64,000 bases of DNA from Malacoraja senta (GCA_038087875.1 JAXLNO010002317.1:2046001-2110000); one strand, 5' to 3'; positions 46,215-60,629 are shown, counted from the stretch's first letter. Notes: generated by a model from the letters alone, not told the origin. Translations and numbers: made by a program.

Positions 46215-46385
46215 TGTTTGATTGGCCGCCGAGTGACCAGCACATTATGTGATTGGACACAATGCCCTTGGAGAGGGCGGCTGATTGGACAGGAGGAGAC
46301 CGATTTGTTGATTGGATGGGAAATTTAAGGGAAACTGGTCAGTGATTGGACGCAACCCCCTTAGAGACAGCGGTTGATTGGCCGC
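46215..46385 (-). promoter_or_regulatory. Array of six co-oriented CCAAT boxes
   Basis: TGATTGG with ATTGG starting at 46221, 46252, 46284, 46311, 46345 and 46377. Confidence 0.5.
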
Positions 46386-46675
46386 CAAATAATCGGGCAC
46401 AAAAAAATTGAAAATAGGAAATCAATAAAATCGGAATTACGATTTAAATCGGAAGAATATCATGCCCGCTCTGCAGCAAATATACTAGTATCTGCTCTAG
46501 TATCTTTGATCTGCTGTTCCTTCCTATTGAAGAAGAACCCTGGCCCGAAACAACTCCTTATCCATTCCCTCCACAGATGCCGCCCAGCCCGCTGAGTTCC
46601 TCTAGCACTCTGTGTTTTTTATTTAACTCTTGAAATTGAAGTTAGACCATGGCTGTCCGGACCGCACCCCCCATA

Positions 46676-46875
46676 NNNNNNNNNNNNNNNNNNNNNNNNN
46701 NNNNNNNNNNNNNNNNNNNNNNNNNNNNNNNNNNNNNNNNNNNNNNNNNNNNNNNNNNNNNNNNNNNNNNNNNNNNNNNNNNNNNNNNNNNNNNNNNNNN
46801 NNNNNNNNNNNNNNNNNNNNNNNNNNNNNNNNNNNNNNNNNNNNNNNNNNNNNNNNNNNNNNNNNNNNNNNNNNN
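46676..46875. other. Assembly gap (200 N)
   Basis: Run of N; the round length suggests a placeholder of unknown true size. Confidence 0.98.
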
Positions 46876-47181
46876 ATGGATATGACAAGTTTGAAGGGAT
46901 AAGGGCCAAACGTGGGCAGGTGGGACTAATGTAGCTGGGACATGTAGGCCGTTGAAAGCAAGTTGAGCCAAAGGGCCTGTTTCCACGCTGTATCACTCTA
47001 AGACTTTATGACTCTGACTCTATGGCTCAATGAGAAGGCAGGAGAATGGGGTTAGGAGGGAGAGATAGATCAGTCATGATTGAATGGCGGAGTAGACTTG
47101 GCCATTCGGCAATCTAATTCGGCTCCTATCACTTATGATCTTATGATGTTTTGAGGGACGTGTCAGTGTGTGTCTACTCAC

Positions 47182-47463
47182 ATTCTACAGTGAGGGTCAC
47201 ATCCCTCTCTGCTGTCCCGTGTTCATTCTCTGCCACACACTGATAGACCCCGGCATCCTGCCGTGTCAGCTGAGGGAACTCCATCCACAGCTCGTTGCTG
47301 GAACGTGTTGTGTTCAGCGTGACACCGAGATGTCTCCACGTCATGTTGGATGTTGGGAAACTCTGGACGGAGCAGAGGATCGCCGCAGAGTTTCCTTCCT
47401 TTGCACTGACCCGGGAACTGTTCGCGTCGTCGTGGAAAGTGATTGAGAGATTCCGTGGAGCAT
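47182..47463 (-). CDS. Siglec-like copy 2, intact domain-3 exon (D3b type)
   Basis: 282 bp with AG/GT boundaries; same translation as 41341-41622. Confidence 0.9.
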
Positions 47464-50400
47464 CTAAAGACAAACAAAGGTTTAAACGTGAGTTAACACG
47501 GCAGAATTCCACGTGTCAACCAGGACAATATGGAGAGAAAAGATGAAGTACAAATGTAACCAGCCTGAAGAAGGGTCTCGACCGAAACATCACCCATTCC
47601 TTCTCTCCAGAGATGCTGCCTGACCAGCTGAGTATCTCCAGCTCTTTGTGTCTATCATTGGTTTAAACCAGCACCTGCAGTTCCTTCCTCCACATTTCGT
47701 CTGCTCCACTGCAAAATCTCCTCAAGATATGTCTACCTTGAAGAGGATCTCCTCCTCTTTCCGACGAGAGTTGGAGTCATAGGGTGATAGTGTGGAAACA
47801 GGCCCTTCGGCCTAATTTGCCCACACCAGCCAACATGTCCCAGATACACTAGTGCCACCTGCCCGCATATGGCCCATATCCCTCCAAACCTGTCCTATCC
47901 ATGTACCTGTCTAACTGTTTCTTAAACGCTGGGATAATCCCTGCCTCAACTACCTCCTCTGGCAGTTTGTTCCATACACCAACTACCCTTTGTATGAAAA
48001 AGTTACCCCTCCTATTAAATCTTTTCCCCTTCACCTTCAACCTATGTCCTCTGGTCCTCGATTCCCCTACTCTAGGCATGGGTTCAAGGTGAAGGGGAAA
48101 AGATTTTGTGCATCTACCCGATCTATTCCCCTCATGATCTATACGCCTCTATATGATCACCCCTCATCCTCCTGCGCTCCAAGAAATGGAGACCCAGCCG
48201 ACTCAACCTCTCCCTATAGCTCAGACCCTCTAGTCCTAGCAGCATCCTCATAAATCATATCTGAACCATTTCAAGCTTGGCAATATCTTTCCTATAACAT
48301 GGTGCCCAGAACTTTACACAATATTCTAAACGCGGTCTTACCAATGTCTTATACAACTCAACATGATCACCCAACTTCTATATTCAAAACTCTGAATATA
48401 TTCAATACATTTGCCCACCCGATCTTCCAGCAACTCGATCTTCAAGGAACCTTGCACCTGCATTCCTTGATCTCTCTGCTCTTCAACATTCCCCAGAGGC
48501 CACCATTCACTGTGTAGGTCCTGCTCTTGTTAGATGTCCCAAAATTCAACATCTCACACTTCTCGGTATTACACTCCACCAACCATTCCTCAGCTCATCT
48601 GGCCAATCGATCAAGATCCTGCTGCAATCTTTCACAACAATGCAGTTCTGCCACATCCTCTCTCACTGCTCCCCCTCTGTGATGCCTCCTGCTCTCCGAC
48701 CTTACATTCATTGTTCTTTATCTCTCGACATCATCGTCTGTATCCATTGTTTACCTTATCCCTAACCAATCTGAAGAAGGGCCTCGACCTGAAATATCAC
48801 CCATTCCTTCTCTCCAGAGATGCTGCCTGTCCCGCTGAGTTAGTCCAGCTTTTTTGTGTCTATCTTCAGTACGAATGTAAGCTGGCCAATAATGTAAAAG
48901 AGGATAGCAAGAGTTTCTACAGATATATAAAGAGTAAAAAAAGAGGATGTTGGGAGAATGATGCAGGAGAAATCAAGAAATGGAAGAGGAATTGAATAAC
49001 TTTTTTGCATCAGTCCTCACCGTGGGGGACACCAGCAGGGTGCCTGCAATCCTAGAGTCGGGGGTGGAAATTAGTGGAGTGGCGATTACTAAGGAGAAGG
49101 TGCTGGGAAAACTGAAAGGTCTGAGAGCGGAGAGCTGGACAGGATGGACTGCACCCCAGGGTTCTGAAGGAGGTGGCCTCGGAGATTATGGAGGCATTAG
49201 TTGTGATATTTCAAGAATCACTAGAGTTAGGAGTGGTTCATGAAGATGGGAAATTTGCGAATATCATCCCGCTGTACAAGAAGGCAGCAAAGCAGAAGAG
49301 CGGAATCTATAGGCTGGTTAGCCTGACTTCGGTGGTTGGTAAGATTTTAGGATCAATTGTAAAGGAAGAGGTTACGCAGTACTTAGTTCACAATAAAATG
49401 GGCCGGTCAGCATGGTTTTGTGAAGGGAAGATCTTGCCTAATGAATCTGCTGGAGTTCTTTGAGGAAGTTAATACCTGGACATCAGACAGGGGTGGCTAT
49501 GGATGAAAGAAAGCAAATGGCATGTTGGCCTTCATAGGGCTGCCCAGCCTGCAGCTGTCTGCCTTTTCACTTTCTTTTATTTTTTAGTGTGTTAAAAAGT
49601 GTTTTGTTTGGAGGTCTATTCTTGTTTATGTGGGGGGTGGGAAACTGCTCTTCCTGGTCCCTACCCGGTCGGAGAGGCAGCTTTTCTCCGGGCAGCATCT
49701 TCGACCCGTCCTCGCAGCCTACCAACGGGTCTGGAGCGGCGTTTCCTGACGGGACCGGCCAGAACCACCGCTTCGGCGGCAGCACAGCGCTGGAGCGCTA
49801 TCGCGGAGCGGGCGATGCCTTGCCCGGGTCGCCGCGCTGGAGCTCCGGAATGCTGAGACCGCAGGTGAACATCGCGGAGCTGCGGGTTCATGGAGCGGCC
49901 AGCCGCGGGCGGCGGCGCTGACTTTAACATCGGGAGCCTGGGATCTCTCGGCGAGATCACCAGTGGTGGAGCTCCGTCCAGCGCGGCCTGTTGGCTTCGG
50001 AAGCCGCGATCTCCAGTAAGGAAGCGGCCGTTCCAGGTGTCCCAAGACGCTGAGAGGGTTCTCCCGACGCCGGAGAGCCATCACCCAGCGAGAGGGCCGG
50101 AAACATCGGGCCACCGTAGCACCGACTGCAGAGGCCTCAATAGGCCCGACTATGGGTGGACAAGGGGATGGGGACTGGACTTTGTGCCTTCCCTCACAGT
50201 GGGAACCATTGTGGGGGGATGTTTTTATGTTTATTGTAAAATTCTTTAATGTTGAGTCTTATCTTTATTTGTGTGCTGCATGGCAAGTCAAATTTCACTA
50301 CACCAATTGGTGTATGTCACAATAAATGTCCTTTGTATCCTTGTATAGCGAGAGGATTTGAGAAAGGAGCAAGGTGGACCTATTGCAGTTATACAGGGCC

Positions 50401-53400
50401 CTGGTGAGACCGCACCTGGAGTATTATGTGCAGTTTTGGTCTCCTAATTTGAGGAAGGACATTCTTGCTATTGTGGGAGGGCAGCGTAGGTACTGTCATG
50501 GCGGGACTGTCATAGGATGAAAGAATGGATTGACTGGGCTTGCATTCGCTGGAATTTAGAATTTAGAATTTAGAGAGAGAATCTTATAGAATCTTATAGA
50601 AACATATAAAATTCTTAAAGGATTCGATAGGCTAGATGCAGGAAAAATGTTCCTGATGTTGGTGGAGTCCAGAACCAGGGGTCACAGTTTAAGAATAAGG
50701 GGTCATCCATTTAGGACTGAGTTGAGGAAAAACCTTTTCACCCAGAGAGTTGTGAGTCGGTGGAGGCTGGATGTTTTCAAGAGAGAGTTAGATTTAGCTC
50801 TTAGGGTTAACGGAATCAAGGGATATGGGGAGAAAGCAGGAACGGGTCACTGATTTTGGATGAATAACCGTGATCATATTGAATAGTGGTGCTGGCTGGA
50901 AGGGCCGAATGGCCTACTCCTGCACCTATTTTTTATGTTTCTATGTTTCTTTCCCTAGATTAGGTGCCGTATGTCAGTCTGCTGGGGAAGATGAGAGACC
51001 ATGGTATTAAAGGGAAGATACTAGCATGGATAGCGGGTTGGCTGGATGGCAGAAAGCAAAGAGTTGCGATAAAAGGAGCTTTTTCATGTTGGCTGCCAGT
51101 GTCCAGTGGAGTTCCTCAAGGGTCGGTGCTGGGGCCACTTCTCTTCATGTTGTATAGTAATGATTTGGATAAGGGGATTGAAGACTTTGTGGCCAAGTTT
51201 GCCGATGATGCTGAGGTAGATAGCGTAGAGAAAGCAAGGACTCTGCAGAAGGACTTGGACAGGTTATGAGAGTGGGTAGAGAAGTAGCAGATGAAATTCA
51301 GTATTGCAAAGTGTGGAGTCATGCATTTTGGTAATAAGAGTAAAGGCGTAGAGTATTTTCTAAATGGAGAGAGAATGCAGAAATCAGAGGTGCAAAGGGA
51401 CTTGGGAGTGCTGGTACAGGACTCCCAAAAAGTTAATTTGCAAGTTGAATCGGTAGTAAGGAAGGCAAATTCAATGCTAGCATTTATATCAAGAGGTCTG
51501 GAATACAAAAACAGAGATGTAATGCTGAGGCCCCATAAGGCGCTGGTCAGGCTGCATTTGGAATATTGTGAGCAAATTTGGGCCCCATATCTGAGGAAGG
51601 ATGTGCTGGCTCTGGAGAGGGTCCAGAGGAGGTTTACAAGAATGATTCCAGGAATGAGTGGGATAGCATATGATGAGCGCTTGCCAGCACTGGGCCTCCA
51701 CTCACTGGAATTTAGTAGGTTGGGTGGGGGACCTCATTGAAACTTACAGAATAATGAAAGGCATGTGGATGTGGAAAGATTGTTTCAACTGGTGGGAGAG
51801 TCCAGCACCAGAGGACATAGCGTCAGAATTAAATGGCGCTCTTTTAGAAAGGAGGTGAGAAGGAACTTCTTTAGTCAGAGGGTAGTTAATCTGTGGAACT
51901 CATTGCCACAGAGGGCTGTGGAGGCCGAGTCAATGGATATTTTTAAGGCAGAGATAAACAAGTTCTTGATTAGAACAAGTGTCAAGGGTTATGGGGAGAA
52001 GGAAGGAAAATGGGATTAGGAGGTAGAGCCATGATTGAATGGCAGAGTAGACTCGATGGGCCGAATGGCCTAATTCTATTCCTATAACTTGTGATCTTGT
52101 AAACATGAACCACCTGTTTGAAGTCTTAAGGGCCTGTCCCACGAGCATGCGACTGCATGCGGCAAGCACGACCTAACGTGGTCGTGCTAGCCGTGCGGCC
52201 TCGCGGGGCCGGTCCCACTTTGATCGCGGGAGCCGCATGGATTTGTGCGGAGTTGGTCCCGACATCGCACGGGGCTCCGAAAAACTGACAGTGTTCATAA
52301 ATTCCGTGCGGCAAAGGCCTGCCGGCCCGCTGCTGCATGGAGGCCACACGCACCGCCTCGACGCCGCACGCACCGCCTCGACACAGTACGCACCGTCCCG
52401 ACACCGTACGCAACGTCTTCACGCCGTACGTCACGCGTGAACTTCCCGCGGACTTCGCTCGAACTTCACATCATTCACTCGACCTCCGCGCGGCCCCCGC
52501 TTCCGGTTTGGTCGCGCTCACCGCATGCAGCCGCATGCTGGTGGGACCGGCCCTGTAAGGGGATCACTCGACCTCCGCGCGGCCCCCGCTTCCGGTTTGG
52601 TCGCGCTTGCCTCATGCAGTCGCATGCTCGTGGGACAGGCCCTTAAAGGCGATACTATATTACCTTCTCATTGAAACAAGATACTATATAAACATTCATG
52701 ATAGACACAAAGTGTTGGAGTAACGCAGCGGGTCAGGAGCATCTCTGGAAAAAAGGAATAGGTGGCGTTTCGCGTCGAGACCCTTCTTCAGACTGAGAGT
52801 CGGAGAGCGGGAAACGAGAGATATCGATGGCACAAATGAAAGATATGCAAAAGCAACGATGATCAGGAAAAACGTCGAGCCCACAATGGTCCATTGTTGG
52901 CTCTGGGGTAGGTGATAACGAGTTATACAGACAATGAAACTCAAGAGGACAACAGTAAATAAAATACCTTTGTCACCTACCCTTGTTCTCCAGGATTGGA
53001 GGCATGAGCTACAGGGAGGTTGGGGCAGGCTGGGACTCTATTCCTCGGAGGGCAGGTGGATGAGGGGTGATCTTATAGAGGTGTACAAAATTATTGGGAG
53101 GAATTGATCGGGTAGACACACAAAGTCTCTTGCCCAGAGTAGGGGATTCGAGGACCAGAGGACTTAGGTTTAAGAGAGGGGAAAAGATTTAATGGAACCT
53201 GAGGGTAACATTTTTCCACACAAAGTGTGGTGGGTGTATGGAACGAGCTGCCGGAGGAGGTAGTTGAGGCTGGGACTATCCCAGCGTTTAAGAAATAGTT
53301 GAACAGGTACATGGATAGGATAGGTATGAGGGATATGGGCCAAATGCAGGCATGTGGGACTAGTATAGATGGGGCATGTTGGCTGGTTGACTCCATCTAC

Positions 53401-54207
53401 ACTTCACGCTGCCTTGGCAAGGCCAGCAGCAAAATCAAGGACGAGTCGCTCCCCCGCCACTCCCTCTTCTCCCCTCGGGCAAGAGGTACAGCAGTGTGCA
53501 AACGCACACCTCCAGATTCAGGGACAGTTTCTTTCCAGCTGTTATCAGGCAACTGAACCATCCCACCACAACCAGAGCACAGTCCTGAATTACTATGGTG
53601 CTATCTTTGATAGGACTTCACTGGCTTTTTCTTGCACTAAACATTATTCCCTTGAAGCATTGAGAGGCATTGAGGGTTTCTGGGTAGAAAGACCAATATG
53701 ATCCAACAATGTCAGGCAGAGGTCAGACAGGCTACATACAGGTAGGGAACACAAAAGATTGTAGATGTGGGTGGCACGGTGGCGCAGTGGGTAGAGCTGC
53801 TGCCTCACAGCGCTATCGACCCGGGTTCGATCCTGACCACCGGTGCCTGTCTGTATGGAGTTTGCACATTCTCCCCGTGACCTGCGTGGGTTTTCTCCGA
53901 GATCTTGAGGGTGTGTGTGTGTGTGTGTTTGAGTGAGTGCGTGTGAGAGAGAGCGTGTGTGTGTGCGCGTGTGAGAGAATGTGTGTGTGTTTGAGTGAGT
54001 GTGTGTGTGTGAGAGTGTGTATGTGTTTGAGAGAGTGTGTGAGTGATGGCGTTCATGTGTGGGACAGAGAGAATGTGTGTGTGTGTGTGTGAGAGAGAGG
54101 GAGACTGTGTGTAGGTGTGAGTGAGTGTGTGTAGTGAATTCCAGCATCTTTCATGGGCCAATAATCCATCTGCGTTTATAGAGATGTGTCAGTGTGTGTC
54201 TACTCAC

Positions 54208-54489
54208 ATTCTACAGTGAGGGTCACATCCCTCTCTGCTGTCCCGTGTTCATTCTCCGCCACACACTGATAGACCCCGGCATCCTGCCGTGTCAGCTGAG
54301 GGAACTCCATCCACAGCTCGTTGCTGGAACGTGTTGTGTTCAGCGTGACACCGAGATGTCTCCACGTCAGGTTGGATGTTGGGAAACTCTGGACGGAGCA
54401 GAGGATCGCCGCAGAGTTTCCTTCCTTTGCACTGACCCAGGAACTGTTCGCGTCATCGTGGAAAGTGATTGAGAGATTCCGTGGAGCAT
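54208..54489 (-). CDS. Siglec-like copy 2, extra intact domain-3 exon (hybrid D3b/D3a)
   Basis: 282 bp, open, AG/GT boundaries. NSSWVS and SNLTW are D3a-type residues. Upstream intron is D3b-type and downstream intron is D3a-type. Confidence 0.85.
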
Positions 54490-57400
54490 CTAAAGACAAA
54501 CAAAGGTTTAAACGTGAGTTAACACGGCAGCGTCTAACTGTTTCTTAAACGCTGGGATAATCCCTGCCTCAACTACCTCCTCTGGCAGTTTGTTCCATAC
54601 ACCAACTACCCTTTGTATGAAAAAGTTACCCCTCCTATTAAATCTTTTCCCCTTCACCTTGAACCTATGTCCTCTGGTCCTCGATTCCCCTACTCTAGGC
54701 ATGGGTTCAAGGTGAAGGGGAAAAGATTTTGTGCATCTACCCGATCTATTCCCCTCATGATCTATACGCCTCTATATGATCACCCCTCATCCTCCTGCGC
54801 TCCAAGAAATGGAGACCCAGCCGACTCAACCTCTCCCTATAGCTCAGACCCTCTAGTCCTAGCAGCATCCTCATAAATCATATCTGAACCATTTCAAGCT
54901 TGACAATATCTTTCCTATAACATGGTGCCCAGAACTTTACACAATATTCTAAACGCGGTCTTACCAACGTCTTATACAACTCAACATGATCACCCAACTT
55001 CTATATTCAAAACTCTGACTATATTCAATACATTTGCCCACCCGATCTTCCTGCAACTCGATCTTCAAGGAACCTTGCACCTGCATTCCTTGATCTCTCT
55101 GCTCTTCAACACTCCCCAGAGGCCACCATTCACTGTGTAGGTCCTGCTCTTGTTAGATGTCCCAAAATTCAACATCTCACACTTCTCGGTATTACACTCC
55201 ACCAACCATTCCTCAGCTCATCTGGCCAATCGATCAAGATCCTGCTGCAATCTTTCACAACAATGCAGTTCTGCCACATCCTCTCTCACTGCTCCCCCTC
55301 TGTGATGCCTCCTGCTCTCCGACCTTACATTCATTGTTCTTTATCTCTCGACATCATCGTCTGTATCCATTGTTTACCTTATCCCTAACCAATCTGAAGG
55401 GCCTCGACCTGAAATATCACCCATTCCCTCTCTCCAGAGATGCTGCCTGTCCCGCTGAGTTAGTCCAGCTTTTTAGTGTCTATCTTCAGTACGAATGTAA
55501 GCTGGCCAATAATGTAAAAGAGGATAGCAAGAGTTTCTACAGATATATAAAGAGTAAAAAAAAGAGGATGTTGGGAGAATGATGCAGGAGAAATCAAGAA
55601 ATGGAAGAGGAATTGAATAACTTTTTTGCATCAGTCCTCACCGTGGGGGACACCAGCAGGGTGCCTGCAATCCTAGAGTCGGGGGTGGAAATTAGTGGAG
55701 TGGCGATTACTAAGGAGAAGGTGCTGGGAAAACTGAAAGGTCTGAGAGCGGATAAGTCACCTGGACAGGATGGACTGCACCCCAGGGTTCTGAAGGAGGT
55801 GGCCTCGGAGATTATGGAGGCATTAGTTGTGATATTTCAAGAATCACTAGAGTTAGGAGTGGTTCATGAAGATGGGAAATTTGCGAATATCATCCCGCTG
55901 TACAAGAAGGCAGCAAAGCAGAAGAGCGGAATCTATAGGCTGGTTAGCCTGACTTCGGTGGTTGGTAAGATTTTAGGATCAATTGTAAAGGAAGAGGTTA
56001 CGCAGTACTTAGTTCACAATAAAATGGGCCGGTCAGCATGGTTTTGTGAAGGGAAGATCTTGCTCTTCCTGGACCCTACCCGGTCGGAGAGGCAGCTTTT
56101 CTCCGGGCGGCATCTTCGACCCGTCCTCGCAGCCTACCAACGGGTCTGGAGTGGCGTTTCCTGACGGGACCGGCCAGAACCACCGCTTCGGTGGCAGCAC
56201 AGTGCTGGAGCGCTATCGCGGAGCGGGCGATGCCTTGCCCGGGTCGCCGCGCTGGAGCTCCGGAATGCTGAGACCGCAGGTGAACATCGCGGAGCTGCGG
56301 GTTCGTGGAGCGGCCAGCCGCGGGCGGCGGCGCTGACTTTAACATCGGGAGCCTGGGATCTCTCGGCGAGATCACCAGTGGTGGAGCTCCGTCCAGCGCG
56401 GCCTGTTGGCTTCGGAAGCCGCGGTCTCCAGTAAGGAAGCGGCCGTTCCAGGTGTCCCAAGCCGCTGAGAGGGTTCTCCCGACGCCGGAGAGCCATCACC
56501 CGGCGAGAGGGCCGGAAACATCGGGCCACCGTAGCACCGACTGCAGAGGCCTCAATAGGCCCGACTATGGGTGGACAAGGGGATGGGGACTGGACTTTGT
56601 GCCTTCCCTCACAGTGGGAACCATTGTGGGGGGCTGTTTTTATGTTTATTGTAAAATTCTTTAATGTTGAGTCTTATCTTTATTTGTGTGCTGCATGGCA
56701 AGTCAAATTTCACTACACCAATTGGTGTATGTCACAATAAATGTCCTTTGTATCCTTGTATAGCGAGAGGATTTGAGAAAGGAGCAAGGTGGACCTATTG
56801 CAGTTATACAGGGCCCTGGTGAGACCGCACCTGGAGTATTATGTGCAGTTTTGGTCTCCTAATTTGAGGAAGGACATTCTTGCTATTGTGGGAGGGCAGC
56901 GTAGGTACTGTCATGGCGGGACTGTCATAGGATGAAAGAATGGATTGACTGGGCTTGCATTCGCTGGAATTTAGAATTTAGAATTTAGAGAGAGAATCTT
57001 ATAGAATCTTATAAAATCTTATAGAAACATATAAAATTCTTAAAGGATTCGATAGGCTAGATGCAGGAAAAATGTTCCTGATGTTGGTGGAGTCCAGAAT
57101 CAGGGGTCACAGTTTAAGAATAAGGGGTCATCCATTTAGGACTGAGTTGAGGAAAAACCTTTTCACCCAGAGAGTTGTGAGTCGGTGGAGGCTGGATGTT
57201 TTCAAGAGAGAGTTAGATTTAGCTCTTAGGGTTAACGGAATCAAGGGATATGGGGAGAAAGCAGGAACGGGTCACTGATTTTGGATGAATAACCGTGATC
57301 ATATTGAATAGTGGTGCTGGCTGGAAGGGCCGAATGGCCTACTCCTGCACCTATTTTTTATGTTTCTATGTTTCTTTCCCTAGATTAGGTGCCGTATGTC

Positions 57401-60400
57401 AGTCTGCTGGGGAAGATGAGAGACCATGGTATTAAAGGGAAGATACTAGCATGGATAGCGGGTTGGCTGGATGGCAGAAAGCAAAGAGTTGCGATAAAAG
57501 GAGCTTTTTCATGTTGGCTGCCAGTGTCCAGTGGAGTTCCTCAAGGGTCGGTGCTGGGGCCACTTCTCTTCATGTTGTATAGTAATGATTTGGATAAGGG
57601 GATTGAAGACTTTGTGGCCAAGTTTGCCGATGATGCTGAGGTAGATAGCGTAGAGAAAGCAAGGACTCTGCAGAAGGACTTGGACAGGTTATGAGAGTGG
57701 GTAGAGAAGTAGCAGATGAAATTCAGTATTGCAAAGTGTGGAGTCATGCATTTTGGTAATAAGAGTAAAGGCGTAGAGTATTTTCTAAATGGAGAGAGAA
57801 TGCAGAAATCAGAGGTGCAAAGGGACTTGGGAGTGCTGGTACAGGACTCCCAAAAAGTTAATTTGCAAGTTGAATCGGTAGTAAGGAAGGCAAATTCAAT
57901 GCTAGCATTTATATCAAGAGGTCTGGAATACAAAAACAGAGATGTAATGCTGAGGCCCCATAAGGCGCTGGTCAGGCTGCATTTGGAATATTGTGAGCAA
58001 ATTTGGGCCCCATATCTGAGGAAGGATGTGCTGGCTCTGGAGAGGGTCCAGAGGAGGTTTACAAGAATGATTCCAGGAATGAGTGGGATAGCATATGATG
58101 AGCGCTTGCCAGCACTGGGCCTCCACTCACTGGAATTTAGTAGGTTGGGTGGGGGACCTCATTGAAACTTACAGAATAATGAAAGGCATGTGGATGTGGA
58201 AAGATTGTTTCAACTGGTGGGAGAGTCCAGCACCAGAGGACATAGCGTCAGAATTAAATGGCGCTCTTTTAGAAAGGAGGTGAGAAGGAACTTCTTTAGT
58301 CAGAGGGTAGTTAATCTGTGGAACTCATTGCCTCAGAGGGCTGTGGAGGCCGAGTCAATGGATATTTTTAAGGCAGAGATAAACAAGTTCTTGATTCGAA
58401 CAAGTGTCAAGGGTTATGGGGAGAAGGAAGGAAAATGGGATTAGGAGGTAGAGCCATGATTGAATGGCGGAGTAGACTCGATGGGCCGAATGGCCTAATT
58501 CTATTCCTATAACTTGTGATCTTGTAAACATGAACCACCTGTTTGAAGTCTTAAGGGCCTGTCCCACGAGCATGCGACTGCATGCGGCAAGCACGACCTA
58601 ACGTGGTCGTGCTAGCCGTGCGGCCTCGCGGGGCCGGTCCCACTTTGATCGCGGGAGCCGCATGGATTTGTGCGGAGTTGGTCCCGACATTGCACGGGGC
58701 TCCGAAAAACTGACAGTGTTCATAAATTCCGTGCGGCAAAGGCCTGCCGGCCCGCTGCTGCATGGAGGCCGCACGCACCGCCTCGACGCCGCACGCACCG
58801 CCTCGACACCGTACGCACCGTCCCGACACCGTACGTAACGTCTTCACGCCGTACGTCACGCGCGAACTTCCCGCGGACTTCGCTCGAACTTCACATCATT
58901 CACTCGACCTCCGCGCGGCCCCCGCTTCCGGTTTGGTCGCGCTCACCGCATGCAGCCGCATGCTGGTGGGACCGGCCCTGTAAGGGGATCACTCGACCTC
59001 CGCGCGGCCCCCGCTTCCGGTTTGGTCGCGCTTGCCTCATGCAGTCGCATGCTCGTGGGACAGGCCCTTAAAGGCGATACTATATTACCTTCTCATTGAA
59101 ACAAGATACTATATAAACATTCATGATAGACACAAAGTGTTGGAGTAACGCAGCGGGTCAGGAGCATCTCTGGAAAAAAGGAATAGGTGGCGTTTCGCGT
59201 CGAGACCCTTCTTCAGACTGAGAGTCGGAGAGCGGGAAACGAGAGATATCGATGGCACAAATGAAAGATATGCAAAAGCAACGATGATCAGGAAAAATGT
59301 TGAGCCCACAATGGTCCATTGTTGGCTCTGGGGTAGGTGATAACGAGTTATACAGACAATGAAACCCAAGAGGACAACAGTAAATAAAATACCTTTGTCA
59401 CCTACCCTTGTTCTCCAGGATTGGAGGCATGAGCTACAGGGAGGTTGGGGCAGGCTGGGACTCTATTCCTCGGAGGGCAGGTGGATGAGGGGTGATCTTA
59501 TAGAGGTGTACAAAATTATTGGGAGGAATTGATCGGGTAGACACACAAAGTCTCTTGCCCAGAGTAGGGGATTCGAGGACCAGAGGACTTAGGTTTAAGA
59601 GGAGAGGGGAAAAGATTTAATGGAACCTGAGGGTAACATTTTTCCACACAAAGGGCGGTGGGTGTATGGAACGAGCTGCCGGAGGAGGTAGTTGAGGCTG
59701 GGACTATCCAGGCGTTTAAGAAACAGTTGAACAGGTACATGGATAGGATAGGTATGAGGGATATGGGCCAAACGCAGGCATGTGGGACTAGTATAGATGG
59801 GGCATGTTGGCTGGTTGACTCTATCTACACTTCACGCTGCCTTGGCAAGGCCAGCAGCAAAATCAAGGACGAGTCGCTCCCCCGCCACTCCCTCTTCTCC
59901 CCTCGGGCAAGAGGTACAGCAGTGTGCAAACGCACACCTCCAGATTCAGGGACAGTTTCTTTCCAGCTGTTATCAGGCAACTGAACCATCCCACCACAAC
60001 CAGAGCACAGTCCTGAATTACTATGGTGCTATCTTTGATAGGACTTCACTGGCTTTTTCTTGCACTAAACATTATTCCCTTGAAGCATTGAGAGGCATTG
60101 AGGGTTTCTGGGTAGAAAGACCAATATGATCCAACAATGTCAGGCAGAGGTCAGACGGGTTACATACAGGTTGGGAACACAAAAGATTGTAGATGTGGGT
60201 GGCACGGTGGCGCAGTGGGTAGAGCTGCTGCCTCACAGCGCTATCGACCCGGGTTCGATCCTGACCACCGGTGCCTGTCTGTATGGAGTTTGCACATTCT
60301 CCCCGTGACCTGCGTGGGTTTTCTCCGAGATCTTGAGGGTGTGTGTGTGTGTGTGTTTGAGTGAGTGCGTGTGAGAGAGAGCGTGTGTGTGTGCGCGCGT

Positions 60401-60629
60401 GAGAGAATGTGTGTGTTTGAGTGAGTGTGTGTGTGTGAGAGTGTGTATGTGTTTGAGAGTGTGTGAGTGATGGCGTTTATGTGTGGGACAGAGAGAATGT
60501 GTGTGTGTGTGTGCGTGAGAGGGAGACTGTGTGTAGGTGTGAGTGAGTGTGTGTAGTGAATTCCAGCATCTCTCATGGGCCAATAATCCATCTGCGTTTA
60601 TAGAGATGTGTCAGTGTGTGTCTACTCAC

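Noticed and set aside
46619-46996. ORFs spanning the N-run
   Set aside because: Artefacts of translating through an assembly gap.
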